Notes under the pieces: model-generated | Told to the model about the DNA's origin: nothing | Seen by the model: only the letters and a program-made list of their open reading frames with translations | The model's database searches: none | NCBI GenBank assembly: GCA_002429485.1 | Contig: DIZX01000015.1 | Location: 86,044-150,043, forward strand | Direction of reading: 5' to 3' | From: Patescibacteria group bacterium UBA6017 | GTDB taxonomy: Bacteria; Patescibacteriota; Saccharimonadia; UBA4664 | Length of the DNA: 64,000 nt | Position numbers and translations under genes: made by a program | Shown: positions 29,060 through 38,557 of the stretch, in pieces | Layout of the letters: each line of letters begins with the position of its first letter | How positions within the stretch are numbered: position 1 is the stretch's first letter

Positions 29060-29419
29060 CTATCCATAGAAGATTTCCTTGAGCTTCCACTCCAGCGTGT
29101 CCGGATCCAGCTCCACCCGAAACGCCGTCTCGTCTGCCGAGAAGCTAAAAATATGCACCCGCTTGGTCCCTCGCCGCTCCGGGTGGTACAGCCCCATGAT
29201 CGTGAGCTTCCAGCGCTTGCCGCGCCATTTCATCACGTGCGGCACCACGCGCATCACGCCCCGCGGCCCCGGCGCAAACGACGCCAGCACGCTCACCGTC
29301 TCATCGCATTCTTCGCGCATAGTTCGAGCCCCTTTGCTCTCGATACTATACCGAACGTATACCGAACGCAAGCATGAGCAAAACCGAGAATTAATGCGCG
29401 CTAAAAAACTACCTGCCAA
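29060..29419 (-). CDS. Hypothetical small protein upstream of the Y-family polymerase (possible polymerase accessory factor)
   Basis: 119-aa ORF (possible internal start MREECDE...). It is co-oriented with the polymerase and its stop is adjacent to the polymerase start. No S24/UmuD peptidase motifs. Confidence 0.35.
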   Translation of the reverse strand: MAGSFLARINSRFCSCLRSVYVRYSIESKGARTMREECDETVSVLASFAPGPRGVMRVVPHVMKWRGKRWKLTIMGLYHPERRGTKRVHIFSFSADETAFRVELDPDTLEWKLKEIFYG

Positions 29420-29473
29420 TAAAACAGGTAGTTTTTGTAGACTAATTTACATCAAAATCATCGATGGTGCCCC

Positions 29474-30049
29474 TTACGCCGCCACTCGATACAGCCCCCG
29501 CTCCTGAATATACTCAAACACCCCATCATCAAGCTCAGCCGGCCGCTCACCCGCCCGCAGCTGGGCTTTCACCTGCCGCGAAGACGCTTCTGTATGCTCA
29601 GCTAAATCAAGCCACTGCACCCGCAAATGCCCGTCCGACTTGATCTCCGGCCCCCCCGCGCGCCGTGCGACGGCAAAACTCAAACTGCGAACAATCTCGG
29701 AATAATTCCACGTATCAAGCGTGGCCAGCACGTCAATTCCCACTATAAACACAAATTCCGTATCCGGATAATGCGCCATCAGTCGCCCAAACTCGGCCAT
29801 AGTATGCGCCGCCGGATCCGCAGCCCCATCCGGAGCCCCCTCACGCATCGCCGGCTCACCCGCCACTGCCAGCCGCACCATCGCCATGCGGTCCACCAGC
29901 GCCGTCACGCCGGTCTTATGCGCCGGAGCAGGGTTTACCAGAAACCACACCTCATCGAGCTCACAAGCGCCTATAGCCGCTCGAGCCATCGCAATATGAC
30001 CAAGATGTACGGGGTCGAACGTTCCGGTGAGCAATCCCACCCTGCTCAT
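29474..30049 (-). CDS. nadD: Nicotinate-nucleotide adenylyltransferase
   Basis: (H/T)xGH motif GTFDPVHLGH. I placed the start at MSRVGLLTG to avoid an 80-nt overlap with gmk; the ORF extends to 30133. Confidence 0.8.
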   Translation of the reverse strand: MSRVGLLTGTFDPVHLGHIAMARAAIGACELDEVWFLVNPAPAHKTGVTALVDRMAMVRLAVAGEPAMREGAPDGAADPAAHTMAEFGRLMAHYPDTEFVFIVGIDVLATLDTWNYSEIVRSLSFAVARRAGGPEIKSDGHLRVQWLDLAEHTEASSRQVKAQLRAGERPAELDDGVFEYIQERGLYRVAA

Positions 30050-30053
30050 CGAG

Positions 30054-30713
30054 CTAAACCTGCTCCGATTGAACTCGACTCGAGATAAGGCCATAGACTT
30101 CCTTGGCCGCCTGTTCGCTCTTGCCCGTGGCATTCACCACCCAAGTGTAAAAATCCAACCCCCGTGCCTGCTCCAGCTCCCCTACCGCCTGCTCCAGCCG
30201 GCGCTCAATTGAGGCCGCATCGTTGGTTCCGCGGTGCTCCAGCCGGCGCCTCAGCTCCACGATATCGTCCTGATCGGATCCATCCGTAGGCTTAATAAAA
30301 ATACACAAAGTATTTGGCAAAATTTGGTGCACAAACGCACCGCCATTAATTTCAATTTCCAACAGTACCGTCACGCCACTGCGTAAATGCTCCAAGATCG
30401 GTTCCAGTGGCGTGCCGTAACGGGCGCCCTCGGTAAGCCCGTTAGCCTCCAAAAACCCTCCGGCCCGCTCGAGCTCTTCAAACTCATCCCTACCAGCAAA
30501 AGTGTACTTATGGTGATGCACCTCACCCGGCCGAGGCTCACGAGTAGTAGTAGATACCGACAGCCAAAGCTTATCCCCGGCAAACGCGAGCATTTCGTCG
30601 ATGACTTTACCCTTACCTGCCCCCGCCGATGGACCGGAAATAATCACTAACTGACCTGGAAGACCTTCGAATTTGCTTCTCAACTCATCAATCGCCGCTT
30701 GATCCTGGGGCAC
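30054..30713 (-). CDS. gmk: Guanylate kinase
   Basis: 219 aa. P-loop ISGPSAGAGKGK and the GMP-binding region SVSTTTREPRPGEV...Y.F. Confidence 0.8.
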   Translation of the reverse strand: MPQDQAAIDELRSKFEGLPGQLVIISGPSAGAGKGKVIDEMLAFAGDKLWLSVSTTTREPRPGEVHHHKYTFAGRDEFEELERAGGFLEANGLTEGARYGTPLEPILEHLRSGVTVLLEIEINGGAFVHQILPNTLCIFIKPTDGSDQDDIVELRRRLEHRGTNDAASIERRLEQAVGELEQARGLDFYTWVVNATGKSEQAAKEVYGLISSRVQSEQV

Positions 30714-30866
30714 TTTATCTCCTTTGAATTACATAAAATGTGGCACTGCTATAAGGCCGTATTGTAATGTGACTTCTTGATGCCAACAACCCCTGGCGGC
30801 ACTTTTCCCCAATTTGGCAAAAGTTATCCCCTGGCATTTTTACCAGTCATATGACAACATGTAGTC

Positions 30867-31310
30867 ATGAAATGTCCGTTTTGCAGGTCCAGCCAGACCG
30901 AAGTCTACAACACCCGAGCCACCAAGTTCGCCACCCAGATCTGGCGTCGCCGGCGCTGCCTGAGCTGCCACGAGGGCTTCACAACGTACGAAGCCGCTGA
31001 CCTAGGATTCCTTCAAGTCAGAGCCCAAAACGCCTCACAAGGCCCCTACAGCCGCGCCAGACTATACTCTGGGATCGCTGCGGCCTTCGAACCCGCCAAG
31101 GCCGACTCGACTATCATCGATGCCGTCACCGACACGGTCGAAAGCAAGCTCCTCGACCTCAAAAACCCAATTATTGTTTCGGATCAGATTGCCGCCATCA
31201 TTCTCGCCACCCTCAAACACTTCGACACCTCGGCCTTCCTGCGCTATCTGGCCTCACACGCCGACCTACGCTCGAAATCCGAGCTCAAACGTCAGCTCAA
31301 AAACTACTAG
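30867..31310 (+). CDS. nrdR: Transcriptional repressor NrdR
   Basis: 147 aa. N-terminal zinc ribbon MKCPFC...RRRRCLSCHEGFTTYE followed by an ATP-cone domain. Confidence 0.9.
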   Translation: MKCPFCRSSQTEVYNTRATKFATQIWRRRRCLSCHEGFTTYEAADLGFLQVRAQNASQGPYSRARLYSGIAAAFEPAKADSTIIDAVTDTVESKLLDLKNPIIVSDQIAAIILATLKHFDTSAFLRYLASHADLRSKSELKRQLKNY

Positions 31311-31374
31311 GGCCTGCCCCGCGGTGCCCATAAGGACACGACGGAACAGGCCATAAAACCATGCCGGACCCCAG

Positions 31375-31890
31375 TCACCCGGGGTGAATCATGAAAAGCA
31401 CCCACAGGACACCCCACGGCCACGCAACCATTGCCACCGGCAGGGCCGCAAACTCAAAGATGTCCCCGATGTCCGGGTCGAATGTCAGGCCGCCCAGATG
31501 CTTGAACTGCACGTACTTGAGCTTCATCTCTGAGGCCGTGTTGTTTGCCTCGGCGAGAAATACATAAAGTCCAAGCACGAGGGTGACCGTCCACTGGGTG
31601 TAGTCAAAACCCCTCACCAGACCCAACAGCATCCCGAGGGAAATAAAGATGGCTTCGTATTGAAACGCCTTCTCTCGCCAGATCTGACGGCGCACCGTCC
31701 AGAGCATATACGGGAAGCTATGGATCGACCCCGTAAAGGCATCCATCCTCGTACGACCCGCCGAAGGATCTATCTCGCCGTCAATGGCAACAAGTTTCGC
31801 CTTCTTGGCATCGAACCAACGACCACGGAAAGCCTGAATCTTCGCGTCGAGAAAGTCATCTAGACGCCGAATGCGGCACAACCAATTCAT
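31375..31890 (-). CDS. Hypothetical membrane protein
   Basis: 171 aa with about 4 TM helices and no recognisable domain. Confidence 0.4.
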   Translation of the reverse strand: MNWLCRIRRLDDFLDAKIQAFRGRWFDAKKAKLVAIDGEIDPSAGRTRMDAFTGSIHSFPYMLWTVRRQIWREKAFQYEAIFISLGMLLGLVRGFDYTQWTVTLVLGLYVFLAEANNTASEMKLKYVQFKHLGGLTFDPDIGDIFEFAALPVAMVAWPWGVLWVLFMIHPG

Positions 31891-31994
31891 TGCCGACCCC
31901 TCTCGGTCTAGCGTACTCCCCCGACTCTCGAAGGCACCCCGATTATAACTAAAAACGGGCCCGAGGGCCCGTTTTTAGTTTGAGGAGAAGTAAG

Positions 31995-32684
31995 TTACTT
32001 CTTTTCGCGGCGATCCTTGTCGCCTTCGTTCTCTTCAGACACCACGATTGGGTCCTCTTCCATAGCGCTTTCCGGCACTCCGCCCTCAACGGCCTCGTCG
32101 AGCTCAGCCATCTCGGCATCAGAACGCGGCGGGTCAACCTTAGCGACCAGCACGGTGAGGTCCTCCTCGACAAACTTCACACCCTTGGGCAGTTTGAGGT
32201 CAGCCAGCGTAATCACCTTCTCGAAATCATCCAGTATGGCAATATCAACTTCAATCGCCTGAGGCAGGTCGCCCGGCAGGCATTCCACCTCGATCATCTC
32301 AAAGCCCTTCATGAGCATGCCTTCATCCTGGAATACCGCATTGGATTCACCGATGTAGTGAATTGGCACTTCAGCCTTGAGCACTTCGTCCATCCGAACG
32401 ATATAAAAGTCGACGTGAGTAATCTCGCCCCGTGCGCTGCTATGCTGCACGTCGTGAATTAGTACGTTTCTAGCCTTGCCTTCGCCCACTTTGAGCGCCA
32501 CAATCTTGTTTCCGCCCGCAGTGCGGTATATCTTCTCGATCGTTTTGCCATCCAGCACCAGCGACTCCGAAGCCACCCCATTGCCGTAAACTACCGCCGG
32601 CACTTTGCCCGCAGCTCGCAGTAAGGTATTTTTCTTTCCAGTTTCGGTGCGTTTTTCGGCAACCAGTTCAATCATATCCATCAT
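31995..32684 (-). CDS. rplY: 50S ribosomal protein L25/general stress protein Ctc
   Basis: 229 aa. bL25 N-domain (KRTETGKKNTLLRAAGKVPAVVYG) plus a Ctc-type C-terminal extension with an acidic tail. Confidence 0.88.
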   Translation of the reverse strand: MMDMIELVAEKRTETGKKNTLLRAAGKVPAVVYGNGVASESLVLDGKTIEKIYRTAGGNKIVALKVGEGKARNVLIHDVQHSSARGEITHVDFYIVRMDEVLKAEVPIHYIGESNAVFQDEGMLMKGFEMIEVECLPGDLPQAIEVDIAILDDFEKVITLADLKLPKGVKFVEEDLTVLVAKVDPPRSDAEMAELDEAVEGGVPESAMEEDPIVVSEENEGDKDRREKK

Positions 32685-32709
32685 TTCATCCTTTATCCGA
32701 AATTAACTG

Positions 32710-33039
32710 TTATTTACCCTTCTTGACGAAGGTTTTAGATTTGGAAACCCAGCGATGAAATTCTGCAATTTCACTCGCAGTAATTGCTCCCTTGGAAGCA
32801 AATTTGGCTTCTTCGCTCTGACGCAAATCAGATTTACGCTTGCCCCCGCTCTTGCCGTTCACCGACACCGTTGCCAGCACCGGTAATGAACAATTATGGC
32901 ACGATAACTGCACGAAACAGTACAAATCTATATCGCCCAAAAAACGTATATCATCAAAATGATAATTTGTTTCGCACGAGGGGCACTTATAAAACTCTTG
33001 CAGATTGCGAATCAATTCTTGTAAGTACTTCGGCTGCAT
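32710..33039 (-). CDS. Hypothetical zinc-ribbon protein
   Basis: 109 aa with CPSC...CHNC (two CxxC pairs) and a Lys-rich C-terminus. Confidence 0.4.
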   Translation of the reverse strand: MQPKYLQELIRNLQEFYKCPSCETNYHFDDIRFLGDIDLYCFVQLSCHNCSLPVLATVSVNGKSGGKRKSDLRQSEEAKFASKGAITASEIAEFHRWVSKSKTFVKKGK

Positions 33040-33117
33040 GGGTATCCCCTCGTTACTAGCTCATCTTAGCACCCGCGCCGACGCGTGAGCAAACATAGGA
33101 ATTAAGGCCGTTTGCCC

Positions 33118-34173
33118 CTAGGACTTACTTCGCCGTTTTTGGAGGTCCCGCAGGAATAGCCCGCCCATAGCCAATATCATCGTGCACACCAACACCGCGA
33201 AGCCGATTAACTTAATCATTGAGTTCGAAGTAAGCGCCACCATGCCAAAAACCGCCACCACCGCGTACACCACCAGCACGGCTTGGCGCTGGTTCAGGCC
33301 CGCATCGAGCAGGAGATGGTGAAAATGCTGCCGATCAGCCGAAAACGGCGATACCCCGCGCAAAATTCGCCGCACCGCCGCCCACACCGCATCCAGAATC
33401 GGAAAACCCAGCACCAAGGCGGCCGTCGCCAGCTTAGCCCCAGAATAAATCGACAGCATAGCCAAAGTCAGACCCAAAAAATAAGCCCCCGAATCGCCCA
33501 TGAAAATTTTGGCCGGATAGAAATTGTGCGGCAAAAATCCCAATGCCGACCCCGCCAGAATTATTGCCAATAGTGCCACCGCCGGCTGATGCACGTTCGG
33601 ACCCACCGCCACAGCGAACATCACCAGTGCCGCAATCCCCGACACCCCGCACGCCAAGCCATCGAGCCCATCCAAGAAATTGATCGTATTGGCCAGACCC
33701 ACCATCCACAGCAGACTCAGGATATTAGCGACCGGCATCACGTGAAAATGTGCCCCCAGCAGCTCGAAATTCATCCGACCCCAGCTCAAGTCAATCACGC
33801 CGCCAAACGGATTTGTGATCGCTGTGATGCCGATTCCCCCGGCCAGCGCCACGCCCGCCGCCAGAAACTGACCCGCCAGCTTAATTCCCGGCGACAGATC
33901 GCGAATATCGTCGATCACCCCCACCGCCACCAAAATCAAACAACCCAATAGCAGGCTGGCCAGCTGACGCGACATCGGCAGCAATACCATCACCGCTATC
34001 ACGAAGGCTGCAAATATCGCCACCCCGCCCAAATAAGCGACCTCGCGAGTATGAATTTTGCGATTGGTCGACGGCCGGTCCACGATCCCGCGAGCCAAGG
34101 CGTATCGACGCACCCATGGAGTCAGCCCTGCACTCAGCACAAAAGCCAGCCCAAACCCAAACAAGTATTCCAT
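33118..34173 (-). CDS. Polyprenyl-phosphate N-acetylhexosamine-1-phosphate transferase (MraY/WecA family, GT4)
   Basis: About 10 TM helices and motifs FLDGLDGLACG and DSGAYFLG. The ATG at 34173 overlaps the upstream GT2 stop by 1 nt; the ORF extends to 34296. Confidence 0.8.
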   Translation of the reverse strand: MEYLFGFGLAFVLSAGLTPWVRRYALARGIVDRPSTNRKIHTREVAYLGGVAIFAAFVIAVMVLLPMSRQLASLLLGCLILVAVGVIDDIRDLSPGIKLAGQFLAAGVALAGGIGITAITNPFGGVIDLSWGRMNFELLGAHFHVMPVANILSLLWMVGLANTINFLDGLDGLACGVSGIAALVMFAVAVGPNVHQPAVALLAIILAGSALGFLPHNFYPAKIFMGDSGAYFLGLTLAMLSIYSGAKLATAALVLGFPILDAVWAAVRRILRGVSPFSADRQHFHHLLLDAGLNQRQAVLVVYAVVAVFGMVALTSNSMIKLIGFAVLVCTMILAMGGLFLRDLQKRRSKS

Positions 34174-35867
34174 TATTTCTTCGTAGCCTTCTCGGTCACA
34201 TAAAATTCCAGGTATTTGCCAAACATCAGCCGCGTTTGCGAATTCAGCGCCGCCAGCGCGCCGAAGCAAATAGTCACGACCGGCAGAAGCGCCCATTGAG
34301 CCACCATTCCGATAAACCGCGCCTTGCGGTACCTTTCGGGCTTCGGCGGCAGGGATATCAGGCTCAGGAGCACGGTGATCACGATCGATACCGAGGCTAA
34401 CGTGAGAATTCTAGATGTGATTATTGGCAAGTTATGCGCCAAAGATTGATAGGCAAACCCGCGGTTCAGATACAGCGGCAGCCAGCCCACAAACGTCAAG
34501 ATAAGCGGTGCCGTAGCCCAGGAAAAGTGAGACTCAAACAACCGCCCGATCTGAACCGCTTTATTGCTCCAGGGAATTTGCTTGTTGAACAGGGAGTTGC
34601 GAACCACGAACGGAAAATCACTCACACCCCAGGCCCACCGGCGCAGCTGCAGGAACTGAACCTGAAATGTCTTCAAGTAAGTCCCCGCCAGCACTGCGTC
34701 TTGATATACCGGAGTAAAAACCGGCACTACTTCATGATCGCCATCGAACACAAAATATGTACGCCAGTACTGGTGGCCGTCCTCCACAATCGAAGTAACG
34801 CTCCAATAATCAGTCGCAATCAACGCCTTCAATGATTGCGCATGAGCAGCGAAGTTACGCAACCGGTGCGGACGCATCGTCTCCATCAACAGCCAGAAAG
34901 AGTTCCCTGTAGCAATCACTCTCATCGGGGCCGGTACGTCCCAAATATTGTTATAGAACATCGGTACGGGCTGGTAGCTTCGCTGCACCCGCTTGGTATC
35001 GATGGCGTACAGATAAGATAAATAGCTAAAGTAGTTCTTGGCCGCCCGGTGATCGGAATCGAAAGTAGTCACCACCACCCGCTCCGGATCAATTCCCCGC
35101 TTCAGAACCTCGGCGGTCAGTACCCGTCCGGCGAAGCTAATGTTACCGCCTTTGCCGCGAACTTCGCCGACCATTCCATCCGGGTGTTTCACGGCTATGG
35201 CCATAGCAAACTTATCGCCAAACTCCGCCACCAATGAATGCGCATTAGCCTCGGTCTCGGGGCCCCCGCGTTCCTCGTATGCCACCACCAACATGATCTG
35301 TTTGAGCGGAAAATCTACTTCCGTGAGCGATTTCACCGACGGATGCAGTATATCCATCGATTCGTTGTAGGTCGCCAATACCACTGCGTGATAGATCGTG
35401 GCAGGATCCATAATCTTATCCGACCGCTCCGCCAGGCCAGCTACCCGCTCTACTTCACTCTGCAGTTCCTGATACTGCAATCGAGTTTTCCGGTCGGTAA
35501 TACTCCAAATACTGGCTAAACTGGGATGTTGCTGGCGCATTGCCGCAAGCTGACCCTTAACCTCCTGCAAGCTGCCCTCCAAATGGCGCAGCTGCTCCAG
35601 CCGCCCGTTCCAATCAACGCTTTGTGCGAGATGCAATCGGCGATAACCCCTGACCAAGTAGCCGCTCATCCTAAACGATTTGATCGTCCAGTAAAGGTCG
35701 TAGGCAATAATGAAGTACGCCACCGCTATGGGATAGATCAGGCTCAGCAAAATTGGCAGCAACAGCGTCAGCCAGGTAATGCTGCCCGGCAGAATCTCCA
35801 TCGCGCGGGTAAACCAACGCCGGTCGAAGTAACGCACGCTACTCAATTTCGTAGTATTTTGACTCAT
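34173..35867 (-). CDS. Processive family-2 glycosyltransferase (cellulose/chitin-synthase-like, QxxRW)
   Basis: 564 aa with N- and C-terminal TM bundles, a cytoplasmic GT-A domain (DSDH), and QLRRWAWG (Q(R/Q)xRW). Confidence 0.75.
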   Translation of the reverse strand: MSQNTTKLSSVRYFDRRWFTRAMEILPGSITWLTLLLPILLSLIYPIAVAYFIIAYDLYWTIKSFRMSGYLVRGYRRLHLAQSVDWNGRLEQLRHLEGSLQEVKGQLAAMRQQHPSLASIWSITDRKTRLQYQELQSEVERVAGLAERSDKIMDPATIYHAVVLATYNESMDILHPSVKSLTEVDFPLKQIMLVVAYEERGGPETEANAHSLVAEFGDKFAMAIAVKHPDGMVGEVRGKGGNISFAGRVLTAEVLKRGIDPERVVVTTFDSDHRAAKNYFSYLSYLYAIDTKRVQRSYQPVPMFYNNIWDVPAPMRVIATGNSFWLLMETMRPHRLRNFAAHAQSLKALIATDYWSVTSIVEDGHQYWRTYFVFDGDHEVVPVFTPVYQDAVLAGTYLKTFQVQFLQLRRWAWGVSDFPFVVRNSLFNKQIPWSNKAVQIGRLFESHFSWATAPLILTFVGWLPLYLNRGFAYQSLAHNLPIITSRILTLASVSIVITVLLSLISLPPKPERYRKARFIGMVAQWALLPVVTICFGALAALNSQTRLMFGKYLEFYVTEKATKK

Positions 35868-36268
35868 CGTACCGCCCCAAAAGCCTGAGCTATGATAAAA
35901 CCAAATATGCTCACCACTACCGCCGTTACCAGCAGGAAAAAGCTCGCCAGACGGCTGCGGGTGAAGCTATGGTACGCAAACAGCGAGTTTACTACGGTGA
36001 TTAATATCGTCACCATCACGATTTCGAACGGGAAGTACCATGGCCCCAATCGATCAAATAACGTAAAGCTCGAGAAATGCACCGGCACCAGGCTGTCCGT
36101 CGGGCGCATCCGCAGCATCAAGCTGATCAAGTTAACCGCGTTCACACCCAAAGCCACGCTCAAAACCGCCATCGACATGCGATCATGAAAAAAGCGCCGG
36201 CTGAGCACCTCGCTGGTCCGTTCTCGAATAGTTTGCCGAAACTTAGTTAATGGCTGGAAGCCTATCAT
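35864..36268 (-). CDS. Hypothetical small membrane protein (first gene of the GT2-WecA operon)
   Basis: 134 aa with 3-4 TM helices. Overlaps the GT2 gene by 4 nt. Confidence 0.45.
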   Translation of the reverse strand: MIGFQPLTKFRQTIRERTSEVLSRRFFHDRMSMAVLSVALGVNAVNLISLMLRMRPTDSLVPVHFSSFTLFDRLGPWYFPFEIVMVTILITVVNSLFAYHSFTRSRLASFFLLVTAVVVSIFGFIIAQAFGAVR

Positions 36269-36311
36269 GAATCGAATTATAGCACCCTGAGGTAAGAATC
36301 ATTATCTGTAT

Positions 36312-36385
36312 TGGAGCGGGTAGAGGGAATCGAACCCTCGACTCAACCTTGGGAAGGTCGCGTTTTACCCCTAAACTATACCCGC
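36312..36385 (-). tRNA. tRNA-Gly (anticodon CCC)
   Basis: Acceptor gcgggta/tacccgc, anticodon loop uuCCCaa, GGTTCGATTCC, CCA encoded. Confidence 0.85.
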
Positions 36386-36397
36386 GAATATAAAAAC

Positions 36398-36472
36398 TGG
36401 AGCCGATGAAGGGATTCGAACCCATGACCTACGCTTTACGAAAGCGCCGCTCTACCAACTGAGCTACATCGG
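36398..36472 (-). tRNA. tRNA-Thr (anticodon CGT)
   Basis: Acceptor gccgatg/catcggc, anticodon loop uuCGUaa, GGTTCGAATCC, CCA encoded. Confidence 0.85.
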
Positions 36473-36542
36473 CGTAACCAGGATAGATTAGCAAATTACG
36501 GGCAAGATTTCCAGAGCACAGCACAAGGACTATACTAATGCC

Positions 36543-37757
36543 ATGTTAAATACAGCCACCTCCCTAATTCTACGCGCCGGGCACCAACTAGGCCTGGATG
36601 ACGCTATTATTAACGATTTCCTCGAACCGAATCGAGAGCATATTTTCGAGATTGGGCTTACGGGCGGTAAGAGCTTCAAGGCCTACCGCGTCCAGCATAA
36701 CGATAACCATGGACCATACAAGGGCGGCATCCGCTTCCATCCGGACGTAAACCTGGAGGAAGTCCGCGCCCTCGCCACCCTCATGAGCCTCAAGACGGCT
36801 GCCGTCGGTCTCCCGCTCGGTGGCGGCAAAGGCGGTATATCCGTAGATCCCCGCCAGCTCTCCCCCGCTGAGCTTGAAGAACTCAGCCGCGCCTACGCCC
36901 GGCACCTATCGCCGCACATCGGACCGCACAAAGACGTCCCGGCGCCGGACGTCAACACCAACCCCGCCATCATCGACTGGATGGTCGACGAATTCGAGCA
37001 AATCACCGGCGACACCACCAAAGCCAGCTTCACCGGCAAAAGCCTGGGTGCCGGCGGCAGCCTAGGGCGCGATGCCGCCACCGGCCGCGGCGGCGTGATC
37101 ACGCTCGCCGAGTACCTCCGCCTCAGCGGTCAGGCCGACCGCCAACTCACCGTGGCCGTTCAGGGCTTCGGCAACGTGGGATCGTTCTTCAGTACTGTGG
37201 CCGCCACCGACCACCCCCAATGGAAGCTCGTGGCCGCCAGCGACACCAGCACTGGCCTCACAAATCCAAACGGCCTCGATGCCACCGCCTTATCCGAACT
37301 CAAGGCCTCACATGGCCGCTTCACCGACTACCATGCCGCGGGCGTCACCCAAATCTCGCCCGACGATATGATCGCCCAGGATGTCGATGTACTCGTGCTC
37401 GCTGCCCTCGGTGATACCGTCACCGAATCTAACGTTTCCCGAGTGAAGGCCAAAATCATCGTGGAGCTCGCCAACGGCCCCATCAATGAGGCTGCCAGCG
37501 ACCAGCTCGCCGCCTCAGACACCGTCATCCTGCCCGACATCATCGCCAACGCCGGCGGGGTCATCGTGAGCTATCTCGAATGGGTCCAGAACCTGGCCGA
37601 CGAGCATTGGACCGAGCAAAAAGTTAATTCTGAGCTCGAACGCTATCTCATCCCAGCCATTCAAGCAATGTACCGCACCGCCAAGGACGAGAAAGCATCG
37701 CTAAAAATTGCCGCCTTCATGAACGCGCTAGCCAAGCTCACTACCTCCGCAAAATAA
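36543..37757 (+). CDS. gdh: Glu/Leu/Phe/Val dehydrogenase (glutamate dehydrogenase)
   Basis: 404 aa. Catalytic Lys motif GGGKGG and an NAD(P) Rossmann GFGNVG. Confidence 0.88.
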   Translation: MLNTATSLILRAGHQLGLDDAIINDFLEPNREHIFEIGLTGGKSFKAYRVQHNDNHGPYKGGIRFHPDVNLEEVRALATLMSLKTAAVGLPLGGGKGGISVDPRQLSPAELEELSRAYARHLSPHIGPHKDVPAPDVNTNPAIIDWMVDEFEQITGDTTKASFTGKSLGAGGSLGRDAATGRGGVITLAEYLRLSGQADRQLTVAVQGFGNVGSFFSTVAATDHPQWKLVAASDTSTGLTNPNGLDATALSELKASHGRFTDYHAAGVTQISPDDMIAQDVDVLVLAALGDTVTESNVSRVKAKIIVELANGPINEAASDQLAASDTVILPDIIANAGGVIVSYLEWVQNLADEHWTEQKVNSELERYLIPAIQAMYRTAKDEKASLKIAAFMNALAKLTTSAK

Positions 37758-37760
37758 AAA

Positions 37761-37793
37761 AGCTAATAGCTAGCCGTATCTGCTAGCTATTAG
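37761..37793 (+). terminator. Putative terminator hairpin after gdh
   Basis: agctaatagctagc-cgtatct-gctagctattag stem with weak downstream T content. Confidence 0.4.
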
Positions 37794-38122
37794 GACTATT
37801 TGAAATCTGGACTACGCTACGTACTAAGCAAAACCCTTGTGCTTTGGGAACTTTCGCTCGTACCGCTCTGCCAGAAATTCATACTTTTGCTCGAGAGCCC
37901 GCTTGGCTTCATCCGGACTCATGTAGAACACATCATACAGATCCTGCTGCTGCACCTGCATGTTTTGCGATTTGATTTTGCGAATTCTTGATCGGCCCAC
38001 GGTATCAACCCCACTCAATTAGTTGTAGGACAAGTATGTCCAAATCCAACTACCAGAACTTCAGCACTTGTTCCAAAGCTTAAGGTCTTCTATGAGCAAA
38101 GTTTTGTCTATTCAAACCTGCC

Positions 38123-38548
38123 CTAATACGTGAGATATATCTTATATATATATCCGGTAAAACCGTTGTAGCGTACCTGTTGCCATTGCGCATCGCTGTC
38201 GCTCAAAAGCTGCACAACCGTGCCGCCATTAAGATCGGTAACTATAGCCGTAGAGGCCGATTTTCCGACCCGCATATGAACGATTGGATACGAATTTGTC
38301 GTGGCAGTGGGCACCGCTGGCGTAGGAGCCGGCGTCGCTACGGGAGTCGGACTAGGAGTTGCGCTAACGGTTGGCTTTGGCGTTGTGCTCGGCGACACCG
38401 ACGGCGATGCGCCAAGCTTAAGCGGGCGCAGCAGAATATCGTTAGCCAAGCTGCCGCGACCGCCCAGAGCCATCGTGGCCTCGGTGAGTCCGCCGGCCAA
38501 CACCGCCAATATCACCAGGCTGCCGAACGTTGCTGCTAACCTCTCCAC
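38123..38548 (-). CDS. Secreted SH3b-domain protein with a Pro/Thr-rich linker
   Basis: 141 aa. Signal peptide, PTPKPTVSATPSPTPVATPAPTP linker, and a C-terminal SH3b-like fold (VRYNGFTGYIYKIYL). Confidence 0.5.
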   Translation of the reverse strand: MERLAATFGSLVILAVLAGGLTEATMALGGRGSLANDILLRPLKLGASPSVSPSTTPKPTVSATPSPTPVATPAPTPAVPTATTNSYPIVHMRVGKSASTAIVTDLNGGTVVQLLSDSDAQWQQVRYNGFTGYIYKIYLTY

Positions 38549-38557
38549 GATCTATTC

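Noticed and set aside
28017-29069. 350-aa plus-strand ORF antisense to the Y-family polymerase, plus many other long antisense ORFs (e.g. 25437..26333 +, 1047..1364 +, 12445..12954 -, 21996..22478 -)
   Set aside because: All lie opposite well-supported genes and are Pro/Arg/Ser/Ala-rich with no motifs. This is typical of shadow ORFs in moderately GC-rich DNA.
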